Virus record (IMG/VR): IMGVR_UViG_3300038379_000063
Span: 1 to 49,195 of that record
Reading direction: 5' to 3' (one strand)
Source of the DNA: a virus
Lineage: Duplodnaviria > Caudoviricetes
Length of the DNA: 49,195 bases
The stretch's first letter is position 1. Each line of letters opens with the position of its first letter. Positions 19,414 to 27,947 of the stretch are shown piece after piece. The position numbers and the translations under genes are program-made. The notes under the pieces were generated by a model. It saw nothing but the letters and a program-made list of their open reading frames with translations, ran no database searches and was not told the DNA's origin.

Positions 19414-20982
19414 TTAAACGGCCCAATCCACAACACCGATCGTATCCCCAACCTTGAGTTTACGCTCCCATTTGGTTTGACCGTCCCCTCCATTATCTAG
19501 ATCAGTACCAGGATAGACATCGAAGTTTGCCGCAGCGTTTGCGCCCGGGCGCATCCTTTGACCGTTGAGATAGAAATCATAATCGGTCGTAAAAGTACCT
19601 TGTGACAGATCGCCAAGAGCAGCGTCGATGTTCGTGTCCGAGAGCGAAACATCGGTGTCGGCATTGACGTTCGCAGTAACCACAGCATATGCAACCCGTC
19701 TGGCAGAAACTCGTTTAGCTAGAACGATTGCACGAAGAAGCGAAACCTCTCCGAATTCGGTTTCGAAATCATCCCATTCTGCCGTGGTATCAGACAGTTT
19801 GATACCGTCCGTTTGCGCCCAGGTAGAACCGGTTTGATTTCCGTCATCGAAGAAAATCTCGGTCGCACCTTGGATATGCAGGTTACCGGCAGAAGTTTCG
19901 ACATGACCATCGGTCACACCGATATTAATCGGACTGGCCGATCCGGTATCGATCTGCACTCCATTTGCAAAATCATTGCTAACAGCATTGCAGTCGAAAA
20001 TATCAACGTCGCTACCGAATTCGATTTCGCTGGTTCCGCCCGCCGATCCTTCAATGACGCGAAACAAAGCAGCTTCCGCATCATCTCGGATAGACCAAAC
20101 AAGACCCGCACCTTCGAGATCGAGAGTAGCGTTCGTAGTAAGGTCTACCGGGGTAGTACCTTGATTATCGTAACCGACCTGTCGAGTAACCGTAGCGGAC
20201 GCGGGAACATCCACAACAGCACCACGAAGGAAATCTTGTTCTGAAAGATCTTCAAGTGCTTTGCGCTCGGTAAAGCAGAAGTTCACGACTTGGTTTTCGA
20301 TATCAGATACCGGTACCGCTTCAAGATCATCGCCCGTTGCGTTAATACGCACGAAAGACACTTGAACACGATTCGGGGTAGTAATAGTAATCGTAGTACC
20401 ATCGGTTACACCCGATTCGCCATGAAGCAACCCGTAGACTTGCCTGCCGCTAGAAAGAATGGGGTCTCGGCTAGAACCCTGAACAACTAGAACGAAGTTT
20501 TTAGGGGCGATAGCGTTGCTACCCGAGACTTCGGTTAGCGAATGGGTACCAAACGTACCGCCGTGAGCTGCAACAATCGTGCCACGAGTAGTTACGATAC
20601 CTACCGCAGCAGTAGTGTTAGGCGGAAGCTGTCCAGAACCAAGAATAACGTAGTTATTCCCGGCACCTACCGTAACATCGGCGAGCGAAATCGCTTTAAC
20701 CAGAACGCGCTTTCTCTCCAGAAGATGGAGATCGCTGTTCAGGTCGTTAACACCGCGTTGAGTACCAGCATCCAAGGTAACGGGGGTATTAAGATCGTCA
20801 TACCAGTTACCTGCTTGGTTCTGAAGAACGTTATTCATCTGCGACCGCAGATGGTTCAAATTCTCCAACAGATTTACGGGATTGGTCTCGTACGTCGCTA
20901 GCGCGGGCGCAATAGTATCATCGTATTCCGCCGCTCTAGTGCTACGAACTTGGGTTTCTTGATCGAGTAGTTGAATGGCCAT
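19414..20982 (-). CDS. Large acidic beta-rich putative virion protein
   Basis: 522 aa, Thr/Asp/Gly/Val-rich. RBS GGAG upstream. First gene after the MCP terminator. Confidence 0.6.
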   Translation of the reverse strand: MAIQLLDQETQVRSTRAAEYDDTIAPALATYETNPVNLLENLNHLRSQMNNVLQNQAGNWYDDLNTPVTLDAGTQRGVNDLNSDLHLLERKRVLVKAISLADVTVGAGNNYVILGSGQLPPNTTAAVGIVTTRGTIVAAHGGTFGTHSLTEVSGSNAIAPKNFVLVVQGSSRDPILSSGRQVYGLLHGESGVTDGTTITITTPNRVQVSFVRINATGDDLEAVPVSDIENQVVNFCFTERKALEDLSEQDFLRGAVVDVPASATVTRQVGYDNQGTTPVDLTTNATLDLEGAGLVWSIRDDAEAALFRVIEGSAGGTSEIEFGSDVDIFDCNAVSNDFANGVQIDTGSASPINIGVTDGHVETSAGNLHIQGATEIFFDDGNQTGSTWAQTDGIKLSDTTAEWDDFETEFGEVSLLRAIVLAKRVSARRVAYAVVTANVNADTDVSLSDTNIDAALGDLSQGTFTTDYDFYLNGQRMRPGANAAANFDVYPGTDLDNGGDGQTKWERKLKVGDTIGVVDWAV

Positions 20983-21024
20983 TCTGCGTTACTCCAGGAT
21001 TAGGGGATTCGGTTTTACTATAAC

Positions 21025-21058
21025 AAAAAACCACCGGGGATGCTCTCCACCGGTGGTT
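21025..21058 (-). terminator. Rho-independent terminator after the major capsid gene
   Basis: CCACCGG...CCGGTGG stem followed by TTTTTT on the minus strand. Confidence 0.8.
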
Positions 21059-21079
21059 AATATCTTCTAAGACAAGAAG

Positions 21080-21991
21080 TTAGATGTTATCGCCGTAGGC
21101 AACGCTCTTGGGATAGTAGAGAACCACGCCACCGGTACGAGCATGGCAGTTCGTCTTAACCACCATGTTCTGGAACTGCGGAGCGAACTGTTCAAACTCT
21201 TGCGAGATGAGACCTTCGAGTTTCTCGGGGCTGCGTTGATAGCAGACCATCCGCTTACCGGTCCAGGCCGAGTTAGACTCCAAACGCTCACTCCATTCCA
21301 CGTTACGGATGTACGGAGAAACTCCCAAGAAGAACTTGAGAACCGTAGTATCCGAACCATCGCCCATCCGCATCTGAGAGATCAGGTTAAAGCGGCTAAG
21401 CGGAAGGATAAGCGTGTCCGGGCGTTCCACACCGTTACTCGAATTAACAAGGTCGTTCGAGATGCCGGTAAGTTCCGCCACGATAAGATCCGGATCCGTA
21501 GCAGTAGACCAGGTAGTCGTAGTAGGCGTATACGATTCAGTACCCGAGAGGGTAAACAGACCGCTAAGGTTCGAAGTAGCTTCACCCAGAAGAAGCACTT
21601 CATCCAGCTTTTGCTCGATAGCGCGGCGAGCTGCCATCGCTTTACGAGCATCCAGCGGAAGACCTGCCATCTGAGCGGCACGAGCTTCTTGCAACGAGAA
21701 CTGATAGGACGAACCGAAAGAACGAAGCTTCTGGGTCGTTTCAGTCCCGACGATATCCGAAGACGGAAGATCATCCGCCCAATCGGCGATCATCTTCGCT
21801 TTACCAACCTTGTCATAGACTCGGTAGGTATAGTCCTCGGCGCCGTTACTAACCGCGTTATTGATCGGCACAAACTGCCGAAACTTAAACTCGGGGTATT
21901 GAACCTCGAACAAACCCGGGCGGATATGTTCGAGTTGCCTTGAGAAGAAGGCATTCTCGGATGCATCCATTTGGTCAAAACGGTATTTCAC
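21080..21991 (-). CDS. Major capsid protein (DUF2184-like)
   Basis: FF.RQLE.I, Y.F..QE.RAA..AG.PLD..K and R.GGV...YP motifs. Confidence 0.93.
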   Translation of the reverse strand: MKYRFDQMDASENAFFSRQLEHIRPGLFEVQYPEFKFRQFVPINNAVSNGAEDYTYRVYDKVGKAKMIADWADDLPSSDIVGTETTQKLRSFGSSYQFSLQEARAAQMAGLPLDARKAMAARRAIEQKLDEVLLLGEATSNLSGLFTLSGTESYTPTTTTWSTATDPDLIVAELTGISNDLVNSSNGVERPDTLILPLSRFNLISQMRMGDGSDTTVLKFFLGVSPYIRNVEWSERLESNSAWTGKRMVCYQRSPEKLEGLISQEFEQFAPQFQNMVVKTNCHARTGGVVLYYPKSVAYGDNI

Positions 21992-22014
21992 AGGTTTGCT
22001 CCTATTTCCTTCAA

Positions 22015-22521
22015 TTACGCAGCTTCGTTAGTAAAATCAACTTCAAGAACCGCCAGATTACCAGCAGTCGCAGTAGTCAACCAAACACCTTGGGTAGACG
22101 AATCGATAGTGTTAACACCATCTGCCGCGCTACGAAGTTCGCCTTCCGTACCACCCAAAACTCGGATATGCAAACGATCACCAGGGGCGCAACCGTTAGC
22201 ACAAATACCCCAAACGCGACCTTTACGAAGCACGCTAAGTTTCGCGCCCGGTTTTACACCGGTCGTACCCAGGTCACCGCCTGGGGCATTCGAATAAGCG
22301 TGACTATGAAGGAGGATACCGGCGATCTTATCGGTGAGCGCGTCCGGAGAAAGCGCGCCTTGATCATCGGTAGAACCTTCAAAAGCGACTGCGTGCCCGA
22401 ACGCCATCTCCGCAGAAGCCTCGTTATTCACCATAGAGATAACATCATGCGGTCCCGTATCGGCCTTCATGCCTTCAAAGGCGACCGCCATGCTGTTAGA
22501 GTACGTGGTTTGAACCGGCAT
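22015..22521 (-). CDS. Head decoration/cement protein
   Basis: Q..Y.....AFEGM.AD, FG.AV and VLRKGRVW motifs. Lies between protease and MCP. Confidence 0.8.
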   Translation of the reverse strand: MPVQTTYSNSMAVAFEGMKADTGPHDVISMVNNEASAEMAFGHAVAFEGSTDDQGALSPDALTDKIAGILLHSHAYSNAPGGDLGTTGVKPGAKLSVLRKGRVWGICANGCAPGDRLHIRVLGGTEGELRSAADGVNTIDSSTQGVWLTTATAGNLAVLEVDFTNEAA

Positions 22522-22523
22522 TG

Positions 22524-23615
22524 TTAGTTACCTTTCCAGAGATTACGGTTACGATCGATCATTTTGCGGTACGCTTCTTTTTCCGCGTCCGCTGGAACAT
22601 TTTTCGAAGATTCTGAATCAACCCTCGCAGCAGCGAGAGCAGCATCAGACTTTTCCGCGCGTTCGACGGAGGCATCGAAACGAGCGTTAACATAGTCTTC
22701 GCTTTTTTCTTCTTGGATTTCGACATTATCCAACTTCTTAACTACCGCGAGTTTAAGTTCGCGATCCGAGAGTTTAGAAATCTCAGCTTCTTTACCAAGA
22801 AACTGAATCGCCTTAGTCTCAAGATTCACTCGCGCGCGAACCTTGTCACCAATCGAGTTTTCAGAATCTTGACGGGCATTCTTCTCTTTTTGAAGGTCTG
22901 CTTTCAACGCTTCAATTTCCGTGTTCTTCGAATCGCTAGCGGCTTCCGCTTTATCAGCGCGGGTTTTCTCCGCCGCAAACTTCGCTTCAAGTTCGGCGAC
23001 CTTCGTAAGAGCTTCGGTAAGTTTTTCTTCCATCGGATTCCCCTTCGGAGAGTCAAGAACAAGCTGAGTAGTAGTGTCTACCACGCTTTCAGGAATCATT
23101 ATAGCGGCATCCATCCGTACGCGCACGTCCGGTCCCGCCCTACCAGTATCTACAATAGCTACATGGTTACCCCGGATATTCCTCTGGATGGCGTCGTACC
23201 TATGCCCGTTTACTTCCCCGGGGGAATCCTCTACATCTGCTTCATATCCGCAGGATAGTTGAGCTTTTCCCGCTTCCATCTTAGCGATGGTCGCAGCATC
23301 AAAAACCATGATGCTCGCTGCTACTTTATCCCCGTCTTTACGAACACTTTCCCCGATTGTACCCACGGCATATTTCTTGCTGTTCTGTCCGTTAAGCATC
23401 TCGGGGGGATGATCATCAGTTAGCGGAACTAACTGAAAGCTTTCCAAACTATCCGCCCGAAAGACTTCTTCCGGGGGACGATATTCCCTACGTTCGGAAC
23501 CGTCTGGATTTCTATAGATAAAAATCCCGGTTCTAGTAAGATAAGCATCGGCGATCATTCGGTCGCCTAGTTTCTTTGGGGATCTTAAGGTACCCCTATC
23601 GTAGCGAAGCGCCAC
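22524..23615 (-). CDS. Prohead protease/scaffold (DUF2213-like)
   Basis: RTGI..Y, EYRPPEEVF, T.DHP, LSCGY and NHVAIV..GRAG motifs. C-terminal coiled coil. Confidence 0.92.
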   Translation of the reverse strand: MALRYDRGTLRSPKKLGDRMIADAYLTRTGIFIYRNPDGSERREYRPPEEVFRADSLESFQLVPLTDDHPPEMLNGQNSKKYAVGTIGESVRKDGDKVAASIMVFDAATIAKMEAGKAQLSCGYEADVEDSPGEVNGHRYDAIQRNIRGNHVAIVDTGRAGPDVRVRMDAAIMIPESVVDTTTQLVLDSPKGNPMEEKLTEALTKVAELEAKFAAEKTRADKAEAASDSKNTEIEALKADLQKEKNARQDSENSIGDKVRARVNLETKAIQFLGKEAEISKLSDRELKLAVVKKLDNVEIQEEKSEDYVNARFDASVERAEKSDAALAAARVDSESSKNVPADAEKEAYRKMIDRNRNLWKGN

Positions 23616-23621
23616 GAAACT

Positions 23622-23650
23622 ATTATAGCGTGTAGGATATGTCCTATCAA
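23622..23650 (-). promoter_or_regulatory. sigma70-type promoter of the capsid operon, predicted leaderless
   Basis: TTGATA-N17-TATAAT on the minus strand. GTG start lies 6 nt after the -10. Confidence 0.75.
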
Positions 23651-24106
23651 AAAAGACCTTACTGGTGTGGACCCGCAGCTATACAAATAGCGATGCGAAT
23701 TCACGGGATTAGGATGGGACAAGCGCGTTTAGCTCGTCTTCTAAATACCACCGAAGAAGGCACTGATGAACATGACATTATGTCTTGTCTATCTGGACTT
23801 AGTATCCCCTGCGATGAACTGATGACGAGCCATCATAATGATGCGCGGAAATGGTTACTCCAATATGCACCTATGACTCCGTTAATCCTTTGTGTAGATC
23901 GCTGGACTCATTGGGTGTGCATCGCGGGACAATGCGGGGATCGATTATGGATGTTCGATCCTGAGAACAGCGAGTTGAATAAGAAGACTAACGGAGCTAG
24001 TTGTCTTCTTCCGCGTAATATCTTGAAGCGTTGGAGGAACGCTAAAAATCTTTCCGATGAAACCGGGACTCTATACTACGGTATCGCTGTCTTTCCTAGA
24101 ACCTAA
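23639..24106 (+). CDS. C39-like cysteine peptidase
   Basis: YQ....WCGPAA, GT...I, HWVCI.G and FDP motifs. Confidence 0.85.
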   Translation: MSYQKRPYWCGPAAIQIAMRIHGIRMGQARLARLLNTTEEGTDEHDIMSCLSGLSIPCDELMTSHHNDARKWLLQYAPMTPLILCVDRWTHWVCIAGQCGDRLWMFDPENSELNKKTNGASCLLPRNILKRWRNAKNLSDETGTLYYGIAVFPRT

Positions 24107-24319
24107 GTAGTTTCCTAATCCGGTCCCGATAATCGACACCACAACGATCATTGGGTCTTCTTCTTTGATCGCGAACCAAACCGGAATCCAGTTTAGTAGT
24201 TGAAGAAACATCGCGATGATAATCTGATGCGTTTGATTTTTACTCTCGCGTGCTTTATGCCACTTGCACGAGAAGTAATCTCCGGCGACTTCTATCACGA
24301 ATATGACTAGATAAAGCAT
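24071..24319 (-). CDS. Small three-TM membrane protein
   Basis: Hydrophobic helices, coupled to the upstream ORF. Confidence 0.55.
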   Translation of the reverse strand: MLYLVIFVIEVAGDYFSCKWHKARESKNQTHQIIIAMFLQLLNWIPVWFAIKEEDPMIVVVSIIGTGLGNYLGSRKDSDTVV

Positions 24320-24573
24320 TAGTTCCAGTCATGTTTAACGATTTTTATCTGATAGATTGAACCGGATTGCGTTTTAAATTTACCGTCCGATAGGACGTGC
24401 GTTACTGGTGAGCTAGAAAACTCTCTTACCCCGTTACCGGAAAGAGCATCCCCCGCGATGATTTGAAAACGATGCCCTACTCGCGGGGGATAACTAGCGT
24501 GTCCGGTAATAGGTTTCCCGGCACGGTACTGTGATCCAGGTCCTTTTTTAAGTTGTCTAACCGTTATCTTCAT
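24319..24573 (-). CDS. Hypothetical protein
   Basis: Coupled ORF with a C-terminal FKT.SGS.Y motif seen in small phage proteins. Confidence 0.55.
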   Translation of the reverse strand: MKITVRQLKKGPGSQYRAGKPITGHASYPPRVGHRFQIIAGDALSGNGVREFSSSPVTHVLSDGKFKTQSGSIYQIKIVKHDWN

Positions 24574-25426
24574 CTATCCCCTCCTGAAGACTTTTGAAAA
24601 CAGGTTCCGCATAACAACGGCAGTTTATTGGTTGTCCTGGTAACTCTCCATCTGGCGGATCAGAGTACGAATAAACATTCCCCTCTCGCTCAGCATGTTC
24701 CGGTCGAACACGTTCGTCTTGCGAGGTTCGCCAGATAAACTCGTTGATTCCGAGTTCTTCTTGTCTGGTGGCGTTGATTTGTCCATAAATCTTATTGATC
24801 TGATCTCGTGCTATTAGCTTTGCTCTATTCTCACCTAGCTCAAACTTCTCTTCAAGCTCTTTCGCTAAATCCCTGTGGTTCGTGGCGTTTGCGACTCCAC
24901 GAGTAACGGTTTTTTCGATATCAGATAGAACTTTCGCGGGTAAGTCTTTAATTAAAGCGACATTTTCCGATACGAAACCCTCTATTAATGAAGGTAGGCG
25001 CCTATCTGCAATAAAGATATCCGCGCCTAGTGCTGCCTTAACTTGCCTGTCTAGTTGTCCTCGCTGATAAACGGAGGTACGTCTAGCGAACCTTTCCGCT
25101 AGATCTTCTAGCTGTTGCGGGCGTATGCGCGCGCGTATCTGCTCGCCAGCGCGTTCTAGTAGCTCGCGGATACGTTTACTTTCCCCTACATCTAATCGCT
25201 CGCGTTCCCGACCTACCGAACCTAAAAGATGCGGAAGCTCTCGAAGTAAATCTCCTAGAGATTCACGTACTACTTTTAGAACTTTTAGTAGTTCTAGAGA
25301 ATACTCACGTTCCACAGTACGCGGAACAATCTGTTTAGGAAGTCTTCTTCGGCGAGAGATTCCTCCTATCAACTTCAAAGAACGAATTCTTTGGATAGTT
25401 GATTCCCTCGTATCCTGCCGAATCAT
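24557..25426 (-). CDS. Head morphogenesis protein (Mu gpF/SPP1 gp7 family)
   Basis: RAKLIARDQ, W.TS.DERVR..H and PG.PINCRC motifs. Confidence 0.92.
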   Translation of the reverse strand: MIRQDTRESTIQRIRSLKLIGGISRRRRLPKQIVPRTVEREYSLELLKVLKVVRESLGDLLRELPHLLGSVGRERERLDVGESKRIRELLERAGEQIRARIRPQQLEDLAERFARRTSVYQRGQLDRQVKAALGADIFIADRRLPSLIEGFVSENVALIKDLPAKVLSDIEKTVTRGVANATNHRDLAKELEEKFELGENRAKLIARDQINKIYGQINATRQEELGINEFIWRTSQDERVRPEHAEREGNVYSYSDPPDGELPGQPINCRCYAEPVFKSLQEGIDEDNG

Positions 25427-26925
25427 ATTTCCTCGGGTTCTTCGTTGCTTTCCCGCTCGGTATTATTTTCCTCAGAAGTGAGGGATTCTTCCTGTACGGG
25501 ATCTTCAGGTTCTTCCGATGTTACCGGTTCCGGTGCGGCAGGTTCTAGACTTTCCCTTGCCTTGAAATCCACAAGCATATCAATAGAATAATCATCTCCG
25601 CCAAACCGAGAGATTGCTACTTCTTCGGGAGAAACCACCCCATTAGCGATATAAATCTGGTCTGTCTGAGCTACGATAAGTCTGGTTTCCGCCTTCTCTT
25701 TTTCGGTAGGCTGCCATAGTGGGTTAAACTCGATAGACCAGTAATGGTTATTATTCTTTCCATTAGGCGTGTTATTGGCCAGAATAAGCGCTGTTATGCG
25801 CTCGATTGCCGGTTTGAGTTTCCGGTGTTGCGCTGCTTTAACCCGGTCATAGAAGAACCGAATATCAGATTCCCCGGTAGCGTTTAGACCTGCGGGCGAT
25901 TGTCCCATAAGAAGAGTTAGAGGCATATCCGCAGCAGCAGCTAGACGGGTAGCAAACCTATCCAAAAGCTCCGGCAAACCGGTTACAGGGGTAGACTTGC
26001 GTTCGAAGTCTTCGTTCGAATCAACTACGATTGCTCGAACTACCGATCGAGCGTAGTCCATCGCTTGCATACGTGCCTTGACAGCATCGGTATTATCGCT
26101 CGCGAATAGATTAGCTAGACCTTCTATCTTAAATACTGCCTGGGCAAAATCAGAAACAAGCGTTCCTGCTGCGCCCCAGGAAATGTTAAAGTCTCGAAGA
26201 ACCGCGTTCGCGCGCGTAAGAACCGAATCTCCCCAACCTGAAAGCTCACCGTATTGCCTGCGGGAAACCTTAATTCCTGGGAAAATGATTAATCGCGATT
26301 CGTGCACCTGAGTGGTAGGTGCAACGAAACTGTTAGTAGAAAGCTGTCCTGCTCCCGGAGAGATAGGATTAAGCTGATATATCGCAGGTTTACCGAACTT
26401 AGGTGCGCGAGGATTGTTATACCAATAAACCGGTGTAAGCTCGCGCGGTTCTAGTGCGGTAATCCAGTCGAAGGATCTTACTCGTGCTACATCTAGCGGT
26501 TCGGTAAGGTCTGTGGCTCCGTCGTTCGCACCGAGTAAGATAGCGCCGCCACCATAGGCACGTTCGTAGGTAAGTGCTTCCCAAAGCGTGCCGTAAAGGT
26601 CCAACTCATCCCAACGATCGGTTACGTACTCTTCTAGTTCCTTCTCCGATTCATCGTGAAATTCGAACCCTTGCCGCAGCATCTCGTTAGGTACGGTTTC
26701 GATGATACGTGCGGCTAGATCATCCCCGCGCCAAAGCGACTCTGCTTCTTCCCAAGTAACGGGGGATGCTTGATGTACGGTCTGTAGGCGTTTATCCCTA
26801 CCCATAACCCCTAAACCGGTAAGAACGTTTTCCCAACCGTCTGATTTAATTAGTTTTTTATTGCTTTTGCCGGTAGGGTTAGGGGAAGGTCCGCCTTTTT
26901 TCCAGTTAGGATTACCTCTAGACAT
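25423..26925 (-). CDS. Portal protein (DUF1073-like)
   Basis: P.EM.R.G, R.YGG, HESRL, WGDSVL, LMG.SP.GLNATGESD.R.FYD and F.PLW motifs. Start moved to ATG 26925 because an extended -10 (TGC-TAGAAT, 26935-26943) abuts ATG 26934. Confidence 0.92.
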   Translation of the reverse strand: MSRGNPNWKKGGPSPNPTGKSNKKLIKSDGWENVLTGLGVMGRDKRLQTVHQASPVTWEEAESLWRGDDLAARIIETVPNEMLRQGFEFHDESEKELEEYVTDRWDELDLYGTLWEALTYERAYGGGAILLGANDGATDLTEPLDVARVRSFDWITALEPRELTPVYWYNNPRAPKFGKPAIYQLNPISPGAGQLSTNSFVAPTTQVHESRLIIFPGIKVSRRQYGELSGWGDSVLTRANAVLRDFNISWGAAGTLVSDFAQAVFKIEGLANLFASDNTDAVKARMQAMDYARSVVRAIVVDSNEDFERKSTPVTGLPELLDRFATRLAAAADMPLTLLMGQSPAGLNATGESDIRFFYDRVKAAQHRKLKPAIERITALILANNTPNGKNNNHYWSIEFNPLWQPTEKEKAETRLIVAQTDQIYIANGVVSPEEVAISRFGGDDYSIDMLVDFKARESLEPAAPEPVTSEEPEDPVQEESLTSEENNTERESNEEPEEI

Positions 26926-26954
26926 ATGCACCATATTCTAGCATATTCGGGCAT

Positions 26955-27081
26955 GGTAGTTTCTTACCAGGGTGGCAATTATATGCTCGTGAAATCATTA
27001 GAGAAGGTGGTAGGAATTTGCCAGGGTATATCGGGAAATCGATATAACTATCGGAAATCCGATACTGGTATGGGGTTTGCT
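26955..27081 (+). promoter_or_regulatory. sigma54-type promoter P1 with upstream palindromic boxes
   Basis: TGGTATGGGGTTTGCT (GG 27067-68, GC 27079-80). Boxes at 26955-68, 26974-87, 27009-22, 27030-43 and 27050-63. Confidence 0.72.
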
Positions 27082-27094
27082 CTATAGGGGAATC

Positions 27095-27292
27095 ATGAAA
27101 ACGCAACGCACAATCAAGATAGACAGTCGCGAATACCCGGTTCTCAACGCCTATTCGAGCGGCCCGGGCGCCCCAAAACACACCTACGATATCCCGGGCG
27201 GCTATGTTTACGGCATTGCCGGTGTGTGGAAACTTCAACGCCCGGGGCAATATCCCCAAACTGTAACGGTTGAAGCGGAAGATATGATTTGA
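27095..27292 (+). CDS. Hypothetical early protein (65 aa)
   Basis: ATG just downstream of the sigma54 motif. Confidence 0.65.
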   Translation: MKTQRTIKIDSREYPVLNAYSSGPGAPKHTYDIPGGYVYGIAGVWKLQRPGQYPQTVTVEAEDMI

Positions 27293-27303
27293 TATTAAAG
27301 TTT

Positions 27304-27406
27304 TGTCCCGTCCTAGAGTCCCATACGTACTACCTCCCCCAAACGATAGTTAGCGCTATCACTCTAGGACGGGACATTTTTAAGGTGTGATCCATCATCC
27401 TTAAAA
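27304..27406 (+). ncRNA. Structured RNA candidate / terminator-like element
   Basis: Perfect 16-bp IR (27304-19/27361-76), inner GATAG/CTATC hairpin, T5 tract, second hairpin 27378-27406. Confidence 0.5.
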
Positions 27407-27475
27407 CGACTTAAGGAACGATACATCATTACTAAGAGATACGTAGGTTCTTGTAAACGATTGTAAAAGGAAACT

Positions 27476-27811
27476 ATGCTGATTAAACGACATGTAGTAG
27501 ATGAACTCTTGAAACTTGGTTCGGTGATTTTCGTGTTCGACGGAGAAGGTATGACCTTTTTCGACAAAACAACTACCTGTATGCTAACCACGTCGGATAT
27601 TAAAGAATTCTCTACCGATCTTTGGGGTGTTAATAACTACATAGGTTCTATTCCTTGGAAGAAAATCTACTGTATCTGGTCTGTTGTAGGCGATCCGATC
27701 GTATTCCCGTATGATGTTCCACGAGGGTACTTCTTTGACCCGAACAGTCTTATCGAAACTATCGCTAAAGGTAAGTTCGGTGTCCCTGAGATGAACCTGA
27801 AACGTAACTAA
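27476..27811 (+). CDS. Hypothetical protein resembling deltaproteobacterial SspB (ClpXP adaptor)
   Basis: K..V...LL..GSV...D, IPW..IY.I and G..IVFP.DVP pattern. Confidence 0.45.
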   Translation: MLIKRHVVDELLKLGSVIFVFDGEGMTFFDKTTTCMLTTSDIKEFSTDLWGVNNYIGSIPWKKIYCIWSVVGDPIVFPYDVPRGYFFDPNSLIETIAKGKFGVPEMNLKRN

Positions 27812-27819
27812 CACCCCTG

Positions 27820-27947
27820 GTGGGAAATTCCCACTTTCCCACTTTCCTAAATATCGGAAAACCCGATAATATGCGAGATTACACTGGCAAATATCTACCG
27901 CTCCTACCAGATAAACCCTTGATATTACGATTGGTATGGAGATTGCT
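27820..27947 (+). promoter_or_regulatory. sigma54-type promoter P2 with palindromic boxes and IHF site
   Basis: TGGTATGGAGATTGCT (GG 27933-34, GC 27945-46). IHF consensus TATCAAGGGTTTA on the minus strand at 27912-24. Boxes at 27820-34, 27852-68 and 27886-99. Confidence 0.75.

Noticed and set aside
21143-21943. 266-aa plus-strand ORF antisense to the major capsid gene, and similar shadow ORFs over tail/head genes
   Set aside because: Antisense shadows of strongly biased coding genes, with no RBS or recognisable motifs.
25423-26925. Portal as an anti-CBASS Acb1-type protein
   Set aside because: Only the DUF1073 portal region is evident, with no fused 2H-phosphoesterase (HxT) domain.
27304-27376. 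16-bp inverted repeat as an invertible segment, MITE or self-cleaving ribozyme
   Set aside because: No recombinase or transposase in the genome, no target duplication, and no hammerhead, twister or pistol core recognised.
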